Below are positions 28,301 through 36,841 of a stretch of DNA of 64,000 bases, piece after piece. The notes below the pieces were generated by a model. The model did not search any database. It was not told the DNA's origin and saw only the letters and a program-made list of their open reading frames with translations. This DNA comes from Rubripirellula sp. (GTDB taxonomy: Bacteria; Planctomycetota; Planctomycetia; Pirellulales; Pirellulaceae): the NCBI GenBank assembly GCA_965216875.1, contig OZ244207.1, positions 4,352,001 to 4,416,000 on the forward strand. Reading direction: 5' to 3'. The first letter of the stretch is position 1; the number at the start of each line of letters is the position of its first letter. A program made the translations under genes and the position numbers.

Positions 28301-28962
28301 TTGCCCGATTGAATGACAAGTCGATCATCTGCCATGTACTTTTTGGCAAGCTCGGCAGGGAACAAGTCAAAGTCGGTTTTTCCGATCACCTGGTCGGGCT
28401 CGACTCGCATTTGTTGGCAGGCCAGGTTGTTGGCATATTTGATTCGTCCGCGAAGGTCTTTCCGCAAAATGCTTAGTGGCATCCCTTCGAGCAAGGACAA
28501 GTAGACCGCTTCCGAATCGCGCACCGAAATCTCTGCGTTTCGTTGTTCGCTCACATCGCGGCTGATTCCACAAAGCGTCACGTCGTCCTGATCGGCGCCA
28601 GCGCGTCCGTTCTTGCCCGGTGCATCACGGACGATGGTTTCGCGAATCCACTTCACCTCGGCCCCGACACCGATCAGACGGTAGTCGTGGTTCGCATTTC
28701 CTTTTTCGATCGCGCGGACCAGGGCGGCCGTCACCGACTCGTGATCATCGGGATGGATCAGGTCAAACCAATAGCGACGCTGTGCAAGCAGATCGTCGGC
28801 CGAGGTCCCCAAGACACCAAGGGCGGTCGGTGAGACCCATTGAAGGTGCCTTTGCCTTGCCGAAACCTGCCACGAGAACTCGCATGCTCGAGAGAGGAGC
28901 CGGTCCGGGAGAGGGCCCGGATCGGATTGATCGGCTGCGGTACCGATGTCGACGTTTGCCAT
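25369..28962 (-). CDS. Cytoplasmic hybrid sensor kinase: 4 PAS/PAC, HisKA, HATPase, 2 REC, HPt
   Basis: FLANMSHEIRTPMN, NAVKFT, DTGIG, GGTGLGL, two receiver domains (DVNMP, DVQMP) and AHTLKG; no TM segment seen. Confidence 0.95.
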   Translation of the reverse strand: MANVDIGTAADQSDPGPLPDRLLSRACEFSWQVSARQRHLQWVSPTALGVLGTSADDLLAQRRYWFDLIHPDDHESVTAALVRAIEKGNANHDYRLIGVGAEVKWIRETIVRDAPGKNGRAGADQDDVTLCGISRDVSEQRNAEISVRDSEAVYLSLLEGMPLSILRKDLRGRIKYANNLACQQMRVEPDQVIGKTDFDLFPAELAKKYMADDRLVIQSGKLHHDVERHQSADGSQHHVEVWKAPVHGSHGDVIGIQVLFWDVTDKKNAEHQIEFEKFLLSILLETVPDSVYFKDADSRFIRLSRSCARKFGLSDPRDAIGKSDADFFSSAHAKSALSDERRIMESGEAILAKIERETYPDQEDTWCSTTKVPLKDQDGKLIGTFGISRDVSEQKRAEEELARERDLLKTIIDNVPDLIYVKDRYGRFITANAALLNRLNLDSPAQMAGKTDYDFSVPEMACNYVTDDQNVMRSGEPLMDREESHQGEDGPPIWLLTTKVPLRNSDGEVIGVVGIGHDITERKKSEKEIISAKEIADKANQAKSDFLANMSHEIRTPMNAIIGMTDLVLDTRLDANQRNFLLMVQESGESLLSVINDILDFSKIEAGKLDIESRIFDLRESLGDTMKTLALKAHAKGLELAFRVDPNAPRYVIGDAGRLRQIIVNLVGNAVKFTEKGEVVVDVDCVAANDKDVHLRFCVRDTGIGIPEEKCATIFEEFEQADTSTTRRFGGTGLGLAISSRLVRLMGGTIDVSSEVNEGSKFTFEITLDSAPEDVEQQSNKGLVYVGGTRVLVVDDNETNRKILDEMLSNWGMKPILAPSGDVAIEELRGAASDGEPFGLVISDVNMPEMSGYDFVEQVIEDKNIAATPIIILTSGGRDGDSVIRDRLGISERLMKPVKQSELFDAIVRTLGVTAPEDETAFEYDEELVSSIGELKVLLAEDNVINQRLAVGVLDRFGHEVTVVENGQQAVDALGREPFDVVLMDVQMPVMDGFAATEAIRHREEKTGERVPIIAMTAHAMKGDREKCLEIGMDEYVAKPIRITVLCEKLAKVLQGRGTLSTSGRPDLSVLVAHEEDEAKAGVDIADVIDWEHAKVTVGGDQGLLDELLKIYLGESSKLLREIEGAIQSESGHDLHRTAHTLKGASMSVGAIGVVAVAESLEQIGGRGALSEAPPVMDQLKSAVSKVVRAIEDHLGT

Positions 28963-29104
28963 TGCGCCAAGCTTTCATGACGGGAAGCGATGAGTTCGCC
29001 GCTGCGTCGTCCCCCAAGACGCAAAAGTCCATCATAAACGCTTTGTCGGCCCGATTCGAGCTTTGAACGCCTGCGGGCCCTAGAGGTTGTGCGCTCCAAC
29101 GATC

Positions 29105-29211
29105 ACCCTCCTGCTTGCGGGAGGGTCGGGCGCTAAAGCCCAGGGAGTGAAGGATCGATACAAAATGAACCCTCTTCGGCCCTTAGAGGCCGACTCTCCC
29201 AAGGGAGAGTG
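29105..29211. repeat. REP-like family H (CCCTCC..GGAGGGTCGGGCGCTAAAGCCC) imperfect inverted pair
   Basis: Shares its core with 56824-56916. Confidence 0.7.
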
Positions 29212-29360
29212 TTCAACGCGCAGTTCAGAGGCCGCAGCACTCACCACCCTCTTTTTCTTACCGTCCCGAGCGGCGAAGGCTGCAGGGCCCGACACTAGCG
29301 CGTTCGGCTCACATTGCGCTCACGGTCGCCGCCTGCACCCATCCCCAGGGGTAGGCCCCT

Positions 29361-29738
29361 TTAGGCGTTCATCGTGCCCGAGTCACCCGCTGCGATTTGG
29401 CGCATGAAACGTGGCATCACACCGACGTAGGTGTTGCAGTGATTACAGACACTGGCGTTGGCCGAAATCGACACGTTGCAACGTGGGCACGATTTGGTCG
29501 AGTCGGGCTTTCGTTCGGGCATTGGCGGGATCTCTGGCGATTCACCCAGAATCCGCATCACGCTGGTGTCGGTCACCACATTGCTATCTGCAGCAGAGGG
29601 TTTCAGAGGTGCAAAGACGAATTCCTTTCGACACTTTGGGCACCGCACTGACTTGCCCGCCAAGCGAATATCACCGCGAACGCGGTGCCCTGAGGGACAA
29701 GCGTCGGTGATTTTGGTGTTGGGCGTGTTCTCGGTCAC
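29361..29738 (-). CDS. Small double zinc-ribbon protein
   Basis: CPSGH..CPKC and CPRC..CNHC. Confidence 0.7.
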   Translation of the reverse strand: MTENTPNTKITDACPSGHRVRGDIRLAGKSVRCPKCRKEFVFAPLKPSAADSNVVTDTSVMRILGESPEIPPMPERKPDSTKSCPRCNVSISANASVCNHCNTYVGVMPRFMRQIAAGDSGTMNA

Positions 29739-30060
29739 GATTCTTTTTCCTTTCTGATGATTTTGCTGTCGCGAGTCGCATCCTGCTTACGTTGAAACCT
29801 CACTACTTCAGGCAGGTTCCGGTGTCATCGGAGGCGCTAAAATATCTTTTCGCGTCGCGATGCCACGGTTGGTCCACCCAAGCAGATGAAAACACCCGTT
29901 AGCGAGCTTTATCGGGTAGTTCGCTGGCCCGACTGGTTTCTGGGGATTTTTTTTGGGATATCGCGCAATGTCGCACCAGATGATGCGTGTAAACCTGTAA
30001 CACCCCCGGAAACATTGCCGACTCAATCGCGTCGTCACCCTAAGGGGACACCCAGGTGGC

Positions 30061-30132
30061 GAGTGGGTTCGACGATGCGAGCCAACGTAACATTGTGAGC
30101 CGGCGTAACATTGCGATTCGGTCGAACGTTGC
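30061..30132. repeat. Four degenerate 18-bp tandem repeats
   Basis: GAGTGGGTTCGACGATGC / GAGCCAACGTAACATTGT / GAGCCGGCGTAACATTGC / GATTCGGTCGAACGTTGC. Confidence 0.6.
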
Positions 30133-30259
30133 GACTTGGTTCTTTGCACAGTAGGACATCGGAAAGGGGCACGCCGATCCAAACTGCGCCGGAATGTCGC
30201 AAACGACCAACGCGTGTTTCACGACTGCGGCAATCCGTCGTCGGTAGCGGAATCCTCGG

Positions 30260-30859
30260 ATGAGCACTTTGAATTCAGATCCCCAAACTCGACAAAGCCT
30301 CTTGGTTCGATTGCGCGACTCGCGCGACGATCAAGCGTGGGCCGAATTCACTGCGGTGTACGAACCGGTGATCTACCGCATGGCCAAACGCCGAGCGTTC
30401 CAAGACGCTGACGCGAGAGAGATTGTTCAAGAAGTGTTGCTTTCCGTTTCCTCCGCGATCGAACGCTTTGACCTCGAAGGTGACGGCAGCTTTCGAGGTT
30501 GGCTTGCTCGCATCACGCGCAATGCTGCCATCGATCAATTCCGCAAGCGTTCGCGTCATGAACAGTCGCCAGGGAACACCGAGATTCAAATGACGCTTGA
30601 TCGCATCGCGGTCGACCAACCCTTTGAAGAAGAGTTTGACCAAGATCGTCGTCAACAACTCTTTCGTTGGGCTGCAAGTGAAGTGCGTACGCGAACGGGT
30701 GAGTCGAATTGGATCGCGTTTTGGCGCACCGCCGTGGAATCAAAACCGATTGCAGATGTTGCCGCCGAACTGGGGATCACCGAGGGAGCGGTGTATGTGG
30801 CTCGTTGCCGAGTGCTGAAACGGATTCGCCAACTCGTCCACCACCGCTTAAGCGAGTAG
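30260..30859 (+). CDS. ECF sigma factor of the kinase-associated planctomycete type
   Basis: TRQSLLVRL..DQAWAEF, GSFRGWL and GAVYVARCRVLKR. Confidence 0.9.
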   Translation: MSTLNSDPQTRQSLLVRLRDSRDDQAWAEFTAVYEPVIYRMAKRRAFQDADAREIVQEVLLSVSSAIERFDLEGDGSFRGWLARITRNAAIDQFRKRSRHEQSPGNTEIQMTLDRIAVDQPFEEEFDQDRRQQLFRWAASEVRTRTGESNWIAFWRTAVESKPIADVAAELGITEGAVYVARCRVLKRIRQLVHHRLSE

Positions 30860-30870
30860 GGATCCCAAAC

Positions 30871-32610
30871 ATGATTGCTAAACCTGATCGACACATCGAA
30901 AACGAAGAGCTTCGCAGGCTGCTCGATGATGCCCTTTCAAGCGAGCAAGTCGAACAGATCGAATCGCACCTTGATCGCTGCGAAACCTGCCGCGGCGAAC
31001 TGGAAGAACTCGCCGGAGCACAACAGTGGTGGCAAGAAACGGTCGAAGTGCTTTCGCAAAGCACGATGTCACAACCCAAAGCAAATCTCGACGACGAGTT
31101 GACCAGCGGGCAGGCCGGCACGCCGACTCACGCGTCCGGCCAACAGCAAGGTGACCGGCTGGTCGACTCGTCGCTCGATTGGATCCGCCCGCTCCTTGAT
31201 GGTCCAACCGAAGACAACCTTGGCCACATCGATCATTACCCGATCGACAGCGTTATCGGCCAGGGCGGAATGGGCGTGGTCTTGCGAGGAACCGATCCTG
31301 AATTGAATCGCCCCGTCGCAATCAAAGTGCTTGCGCCTCATTTGGCTGGTGTGGGTGCAGCCCGCGCGCGTTTCATGCGTGAAGCTCAAGCGGCCGCTGC
31401 CATCGTGCATCCGTCGATTGTCCCGATCTACAGCATCGCGACGGCCGGTCGACTTCCTTACATCGTGATGCCCTGCATCTCGGGTGGGAACCTGCAAGAA
31501 CATCTCGAGAAATCGGGTCCACTCGCATTGGACGAGGTCCTGCGCATCGGACTGCAGGTCGCCGAGGGTCTTTCCGCCGCTCATCGCCAAGGCGTGATTC
31601 ACCGAGACATCAAACCGGCGAACATCTTGATGGAAGAGGGCAATGGCAGAGTCTTGATCAGCGACTTTGGATTGGCTCGCGCTTTGGACGATGCCACTCT
31701 AACAATGAGCGGCATGATTGCCGGCACGCCCCAGTACATGAGTCCCGAACAAGCACGCGGCGAGGCCGTCGACGTAAGGTCGGATCTATTCAGCCTCGGC
31801 AGTCTGATTTACGCGCTCGCCATTGGCCGCGCCCCCTACCGCGCCGACTCACCGCTCGCCGTTTTGCGAAAGATCACTGAGAGCCGACCTCGTCCGATCT
31901 ATGAAGTCAACGAGCGGATGCCAGCCTGGCTCGACACGCTGACGTCGCGATTGATGTCGATCGACAAAAACCATCGCATCGCTTCGGCCGACGAAGCCGC
32001 CGTCATGTTGCGTGAGTCGCTTGCTCACGTTCAAAGCCCTAGCAACAACCCGCTTCCCAAAACTCTTCGCCCCTCGCGCACTGGGCAAAAACAGGCGGTC
32101 GTTCTGGCATGCATTTCGATTGCGATTGCAAGCTTGATCGGAGCCTACCAATGGGGCCTGACCTCTAATCGTGCGGAATCGAACCACCGGAGCAACGCCT
32201 CCACAAGTGGCAACACGGGCGATCAGGTCGCTGGCTTGGTCGATCCCAATGCCGATCACCCCACTCCGCAACCGCCAACGACACAACCTCCCGTCCAGAC
32301 ATCGCCCCTCCAGCCAAACGAACACGCGGCAGTTGACGCCCCAAGCCCTTCGGCCGGCGTTGCCCAACCGACGGCAATCCTGCCAATCCTTCCACCGGCT
32401 TCACCTGATTGGCTTGCCGGTGACATTGACGGCGAACTCGCCCAAATCAATCAGTCCCTTTACGCGCTCGAACTCACGTTCGAGACGCTGCGGCCTGTCG
32501 AAGCGCCATTGGCTCAAGACAACCCTGAACCCTTGGCTCCCACCAGTACCGAGTCTGAGAATCCAATCGCCCCTTTTTCCAGCGAGAACGATAATGCACC
32601 AACGAAATAA
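30871..32610 (+). CDS. Membrane Ser/Thr protein kinase with an N-terminal zinc anti-sigma (HxxxCxxC) domain
   Basis: HLDRCETC; GQGGMG, VAIK, HRDIKPAN, DFG and GTPQYMSPE; one TM helix and a low-complexity C-tail. Confidence 0.92.
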   Translation: MIAKPDRHIENEELRRLLDDALSSEQVEQIESHLDRCETCRGELEELAGAQQWWQETVEVLSQSTMSQPKANLDDELTSGQAGTPTHASGQQQGDRLVDSSLDWIRPLLDGPTEDNLGHIDHYPIDSVIGQGGMGVVLRGTDPELNRPVAIKVLAPHLAGVGAARARFMREAQAAAAIVHPSIVPIYSIATAGRLPYIVMPCISGGNLQEHLEKSGPLALDEVLRIGLQVAEGLSAAHRQGVIHRDIKPANILMEEGNGRVLISDFGLARALDDATLTMSGMIAGTPQYMSPEQARGEAVDVRSDLFSLGSLIYALAIGRAPYRADSPLAVLRKITESRPRPIYEVNERMPAWLDTLTSRLMSIDKNHRIASADEAAVMLRESLAHVQSPSNNPLPKTLRPSRTGQKQAVVLACISIAIASLIGAYQWGLTSNRAESNHRSNASTSGNTGDQVAGLVDPNADHPTPQPPTTQPPVQTSPLQPNEHAAVDAPSPSAGVAQPTAILPILPPASPDWLAGDIDGELAQINQSLYALELTFETLRPVEAPLAQDNPEPLAPTSTESENPIAPFSSENDNAPTK

Positions 32611-34531
32611 CCGAGCGTCCAAACGAAGGATTGCGAGAGCCCTTCCCGTTGTGATCGGCACGATCTGCGCCATCGTTGTCTTGCCGATGGTGGTGATGTG
32701 GGTTGTGCTTGGAGCCTTTGAAAACGCCTTTGCGCAACAAGCGAAAGACCGTGCCGACCAGCAACGCGAGGCCGTCCTGAACAAACGAGCAGAGCCAGTG
32801 CCAATGGTGGCCAACGAGCCGGTTCGTTCAAGCCTCGCCCAAACGGCACCGGCAACACAACCCGCTCCGGCAACCCGTCGGGCCCCCGGAACACGACCGG
32901 TTCCGCCAACCCGACCTGATCTCGCATCGCTTTCAGGTCTGCCAACGCTACCGGGCCTGCCACCACAATCGGGCCTACCACCACAATCGGGGCCGCCAGC
33001 ATTGACACCCGGAATCGCCAGCTCGCCGGTACGGGTGGGCGTCCAACCTTCGCCGTCAACGCCACCCATGCCGCCAACGTTTACCGCGAAGCCGACTCCA
33101 CTTGGCTATCGCCCCATCGTCGAGAACAGTTTTCGTGAGGAACGTCAAACCGTTCAAGTTCCTGTTTTCGATGCGAAGACTGGCAAGACAACCATGAAAA
33201 CGGAGCAGCGCACTCGCCTTGTTCCCGTGCAAACCACGCGATACGTCTACGCTGCTGGACACAACCTCGATGTGATGAAACTTGTGCGAGAGCTCGGCAA
33301 AACCGAGAAGGAGTCGAAGGCATACAGCGAAAAGGTCGACGAACTGCGAGAACTACTCAACAAGGAATTCGATCGTAACCACGCCCAGCAAGGTAAAGAG
33401 ATTGAGCGAACGGCCAAGCGGCTCGAAAAGCTCAAAGACACCTACGCCACTCGAACAAGCAAGAAGAGCGAGATCGTTCAACGTCGTATCAATGAACTGA
33501 CTGGCAATCCCGATGTGCTAAGGTGGCGCACCGAGTCAACCTACACTCAGCCGGTCCCGGGGCCCTATCAACCGACGCCTCAATACGCACCTAGCGTTAA
33601 CTCCGGCACTTACTCGGCGCCTCCGCGGGCAACCACGATCTACCCGACGAACCCTCCTCAGATCGTCCAGCCTCCCAAACCGGCTCAGCCGCAACCTCAA
33701 TTCGCTCCCGACAACAAACCTTCGCGTCGTTCGTCTGGATTCTCAAAGGATCACCGAGCCCCATCGCTTCGAGCCGAACCCAAAACTGCTCCACGCAACA
33801 AGAGCAATGCCCCCGAATCACGTGCTCTGTCTGGCCCGTTGGGCGAGCAGTTGCCCTCCGGTTTCTCGAACCCATCGCCACGGCAAAATGTCGCGATCAC
33901 GACAAGCGTTCGCAGCGAGGTCTTCCAACTTGCTCGTCAACTCGCTCAAGCAAAGTTGAACGCGTTGTCGGCTCGCAACAAGCTTGATCAGATGACCAGA
34001 TTGCGTGACATGAGGGCTGTCTCTCAGCATGAGTATCAAAACACGGAGCTCGAACTCGAACGTGCACAACAAACGCTTGCCTTCGCGGAAGTGGAGTGGG
34101 AAGCGCTCTCGAAGAAACTCGAACGCGACCTACGCTTCGCCGAGTCGCAATTAAGCGTCGCCGAGAAGCGGCAAGCCAACATTCAACAGACGTTCAAGAA
34201 CGGTTTGACCTCAAGTGCCGAGATGCTTGAAGTGGAAGCGAGATTTCTCGAAGCACGTAAAGCGCGCGAGGACGCCGCCGCCCAGTCTCAACAATTCCAA
34301 AATGCCCTGAAGATGATCAAGGCCACCAAGCCCGAGGTTGTGGAAGCCAAGGATGACGTCGCGTCAGACGAGTCAGAAGCGGGCGACGCAGAGGAAGCGT
34401 TGGAAGCCGACGACAAGTTGGATGCCGACGAAACATCGGATGCAACGGAAGATACGCTGGACTCGACGGAAGCCACGTTGGAGGTGGACGAATCCAACTC
34501 GGGAAATCTGCTTAACTTTGATTCGCCGTAG
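32594..34531 (+). CDS. Membrane-anchored Pro-rich/coiled-coil hypothetical protein with an acidic tail
   Basis: ATG 32594 overlaps the kinase end; TM helix, GLPPQS repeats, two coiled-coil blocks and a D/E-rich C-terminus. Confidence 0.75.
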   Translation: MHQRNNRASKRRIARALPVVIGTICAIVVLPMVVMWVVLGAFENAFAQQAKDRADQQREAVLNKRAEPVPMVANEPVRSSLAQTAPATQPAPATRRAPGTRPVPPTRPDLASLSGLPTLPGLPPQSGLPPQSGPPALTPGIASSPVRVGVQPSPSTPPMPPTFTAKPTPLGYRPIVENSFREERQTVQVPVFDAKTGKTTMKTEQRTRLVPVQTTRYVYAAGHNLDVMKLVRELGKTEKESKAYSEKVDELRELLNKEFDRNHAQQGKEIERTAKRLEKLKDTYATRTSKKSEIVQRRINELTGNPDVLRWRTESTYTQPVPGPYQPTPQYAPSVNSGTYSAPPRATTIYPTNPPQIVQPPKPAQPQPQFAPDNKPSRRSSGFSKDHRAPSLRAEPKTAPRNKSNAPESRALSGPLGEQLPSGFSNPSPRQNVAITTSVRSEVFQLARQLAQAKLNALSARNKLDQMTRLRDMRAVSQHEYQNTELELERAQQTLAFAEVEWEALSKKLERDLRFAESQLSVAEKRQANIQQTFKNGLTSSAEMLEVEARFLEARKAREDAAAQSQQFQNALKMIKATKPEVVEAKDDVASDESEAGDAEEALEADDKLDADETSDATEDTLDSTEATLEVDESNSGNLLNFDSP

Positions 34532-34550
34532 GAGCGTAAGGCCTTTCTCG

Positions 34551-35205
34551 ATGAGCCGCCGGCCGTGAGGTTTCGGCCCCTAGCTCCCTGGGTTCAATCG
34601 AGTTCACCAGGTTTCAGGGCCCGGCCGCTTACGCGATCGCGGCTCACGAGATCACGGCCCCATCCAATCCCAAAACCGCAATTCCATCGCTCGCGGTTTC
34701 CGTCACCACGCTCTGGCGAGCGTAGCTACGTCTAGTCGCATGCCCGGCCGCTCACGCGATCGCGGCTCACGGTTGGTGTGCATTTTGAATTCGCCGTAGC
34801 TGCCGTCCGCCGAGCGTCAGTGTGGTAAAGAGCAGAATACCACACGTCTCACTTTTTGACGGAGGTAGCTGCGGCGTTCTTTGAAGATGGCGCAAAGCGG
34901 CATTGGGTCGGCACCCACGGAGTCCCCATGAGCCGCCGGCCGTGAGGCCTCGGGCCCTTGCTCCCTGGTTTCAATCGAGTGCACCAGGTTTCAGGGCCCG
35001 GCCGCTTACGCGATCGCGGCTCACGAGAATCACAGCCCCACATCCAAAAACCGCATTTCGATCGCTCGCGGTTTCCTTCACCCCACGCTCTGGCGAGCGT
35101 AGCTACGTCTAGTCGCATGCCCGGCCGCTTACGCGATCGCGGCTTACGATCATCACAGCCACCCCAATTCAGAACCGCATCGCGATCGCTCGCGGTTTCG
35201 AATCA
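34551..35205. repeat. Composite REP array with a duplicated unit of about 220 bp
   Basis: 34551-34771 aligns with 34928-35148; CCCGGCCGCTYACGCGATCGCGGCTYACG occurs four times; family D and E elements are embedded. Confidence 0.85.
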
Positions 35206-35244
35206 CCAAATACGGCAAAGAGCGTCGTCAAAGGCGAGCTCGGC

Positions 35245-36591
35245 TTAGAACTCGATGATTTCCATGTCGCGACGTTGTTCGGCGAGAATGTCGATCACAT
35301 CAAAGCCAACGCCGCTGTTGACGATATTGAGCATCTTGAGATCCTTCAACTTGGCGAACTCTTCAGCACTTTGGCCAATTTGAGTTCCTCCGATGTTGAG
35401 TGATTTGAGCTTGGTCATTTTCATGATGGTTGGCGTTGCTTCATCAGTGATGGATGTCGCCCCCTGAAGATTCAACTCGGTCACGCCCGTTAGATCGCCA
35501 AACGTATTGAACGCTTCGTCATCAATCTTGGTCTCCCAAAGGCTGAGGTACTCGAGCTTCTTCAGCCCGGCGATCAACTTCATTCCATCCGATGAAACCA
35601 ACCGACATTCCGCGATGTCGAGGAACTTGATTTCGGGCAGGGTTGCGATGACGGCCATCCCATCATCATCAAGCGACGAGTCGCGAAGCTCGATACGGTT
35701 GATCTTCTTGAGACCTTCGATATGGGCGATTCCTGCGCCGGTTACGTCGCAACCGCGAAGACGCAGCCGTTGCAAGTTGGTCAGTTTGGCAACCGAAGGC
35801 ATGCCCGCATCACTGACGTTGGTGTAATCCATTTGGATCGATGTCAGCGTCGTGACCGACTCAAGCGCCTTCAGCGATTCATCGCTCACAGTCGTGCAAT
35901 AGTTGACATTGATGGACTTCAACGGAAGCGATGCAAGTTGTTTGACGCCGGCATCGGTGATGTTGGCTTTTTCAAGTTGGATATCGGCCAGTCGTTTCAT
36001 ACCGGCAAGATGAACCATTCCTTCGTCACTGATCGCACTATTGCGAAGGTCAATCGCGCGCAGGTTGTCGAGCCCTTTCAGGTTCGCAAGTCCACCGTCG
36101 GTGATACTCGCACGGCGAAGGCGAAGGACTTGCAGCGACTTCACGTTGCCAAGCACTTCGAGGGTCTTGTCGCCAACGGCTGAATTAGAAAGGTCAACGT
36201 CACGAAGCTTGGTGAGGGTGCCCAAGACGTCGAGGCCTTCATCGTTCAATCCGGGACCAGAAAGGATTGCCTTTTGCAGATTTGGCAATCCGCCCAAGTG
36301 AACCAACGACTCGCTGATGTCGCCTTGAGCCGCCAGCGTGATCTCGGTCACGTAGCCATCGGAGTTCTTCACGAGGACTCCACCAATCTCTTCGAGTGCC
36401 GCAATTGCTTCTGGCGAATCCGGCTTTGGCGGTTCGGGCGCAGGCTTCGGATCCTCTCCCTTTGCGGTCGTGTCGGGACTCACATCGACCGCTGTTTTTT
36501 TCTCACAGCCCACCTGGGGGGCGATCAAAAACGCGGCAACCGCGAGGAGTGAAAGAAATCGGCGAAGGCGGGGGCGCAAAGGCGTAGGCAT
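35245..36591 (-). CDS. Leucine-rich-repeat lipoprotein
   Basis: Lipobox QVGC, Pro-rich linker and a long run of 24-aa LRRs. Confidence 0.88.
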   Translation of the reverse strand: MPTPLRPRLRRFLSLLAVAAFLIAPQVGCEKKTAVDVSPDTTAKGEDPKPAPEPPKPDSPEAIAALEEIGGVLVKNSDGYVTEITLAAQGDISESLVHLGGLPNLQKAILSGPGLNDEGLDVLGTLTKLRDVDLSNSAVGDKTLEVLGNVKSLQVLRLRRASITDGGLANLKGLDNLRAIDLRNSAISDEGMVHLAGMKRLADIQLEKANITDAGVKQLASLPLKSINVNYCTTVSDESLKALESVTTLTSIQMDYTNVSDAGMPSVAKLTNLQRLRLRGCDVTGAGIAHIEGLKKINRIELRDSSLDDDGMAVIATLPEIKFLDIAECRLVSSDGMKLIAGLKKLEYLSLWETKIDDEAFNTFGDLTGVTELNLQGATSITDEATPTIMKMTKLKSLNIGGTQIGQSAEEFAKLKDLKMLNIVNSGVGFDVIDILAEQRRDMEIIEF

Positions 36592-36841
36592 GGTGGGAGA
36601 GTGCTCTGTTGGAATCGAAACCGAGAACGTTAGCCGTCAGCGTAGACCTTTGGGCAGAAACTGGCAACGAATCGCGGCATTTTTTGATCTCCGGCAACCG
36701 CGGTTTGAGGCAAAACAATGATTGTTTAGGCATATCTGTCCTGCTATTGTGTTGGGAGATTATTTCGCCACCCACCAGCTGTTGTGGACGCTCGCTCGTC
36801 CACCTGCTCCCGCCTTTTTCACTTCTTAGGAAAGTTTCTCA

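Noticed and set aside
30040..30085. GGTTCGA suggesting a tRNA T-loop
   Set aside because: No T-stem, acceptor stem or D-arm; it is part of the 18-bp tandem array.
32171..32593. Long upstream extensions of ORFs 32171, 30709, 39712, 53824 and the 49022 start
   Set aside because: They overlap neighbouring genes or promoters; downstream starts with RBS or signal peptides fit better.
34551..35205. Possible CRISPR array
   Set aside because: Repeat spacing is irregular (about 123/254/123 bp), the intervening sequences are themselves duplicated, sub-elements recur as dispersed REPs, and there are no cas genes.
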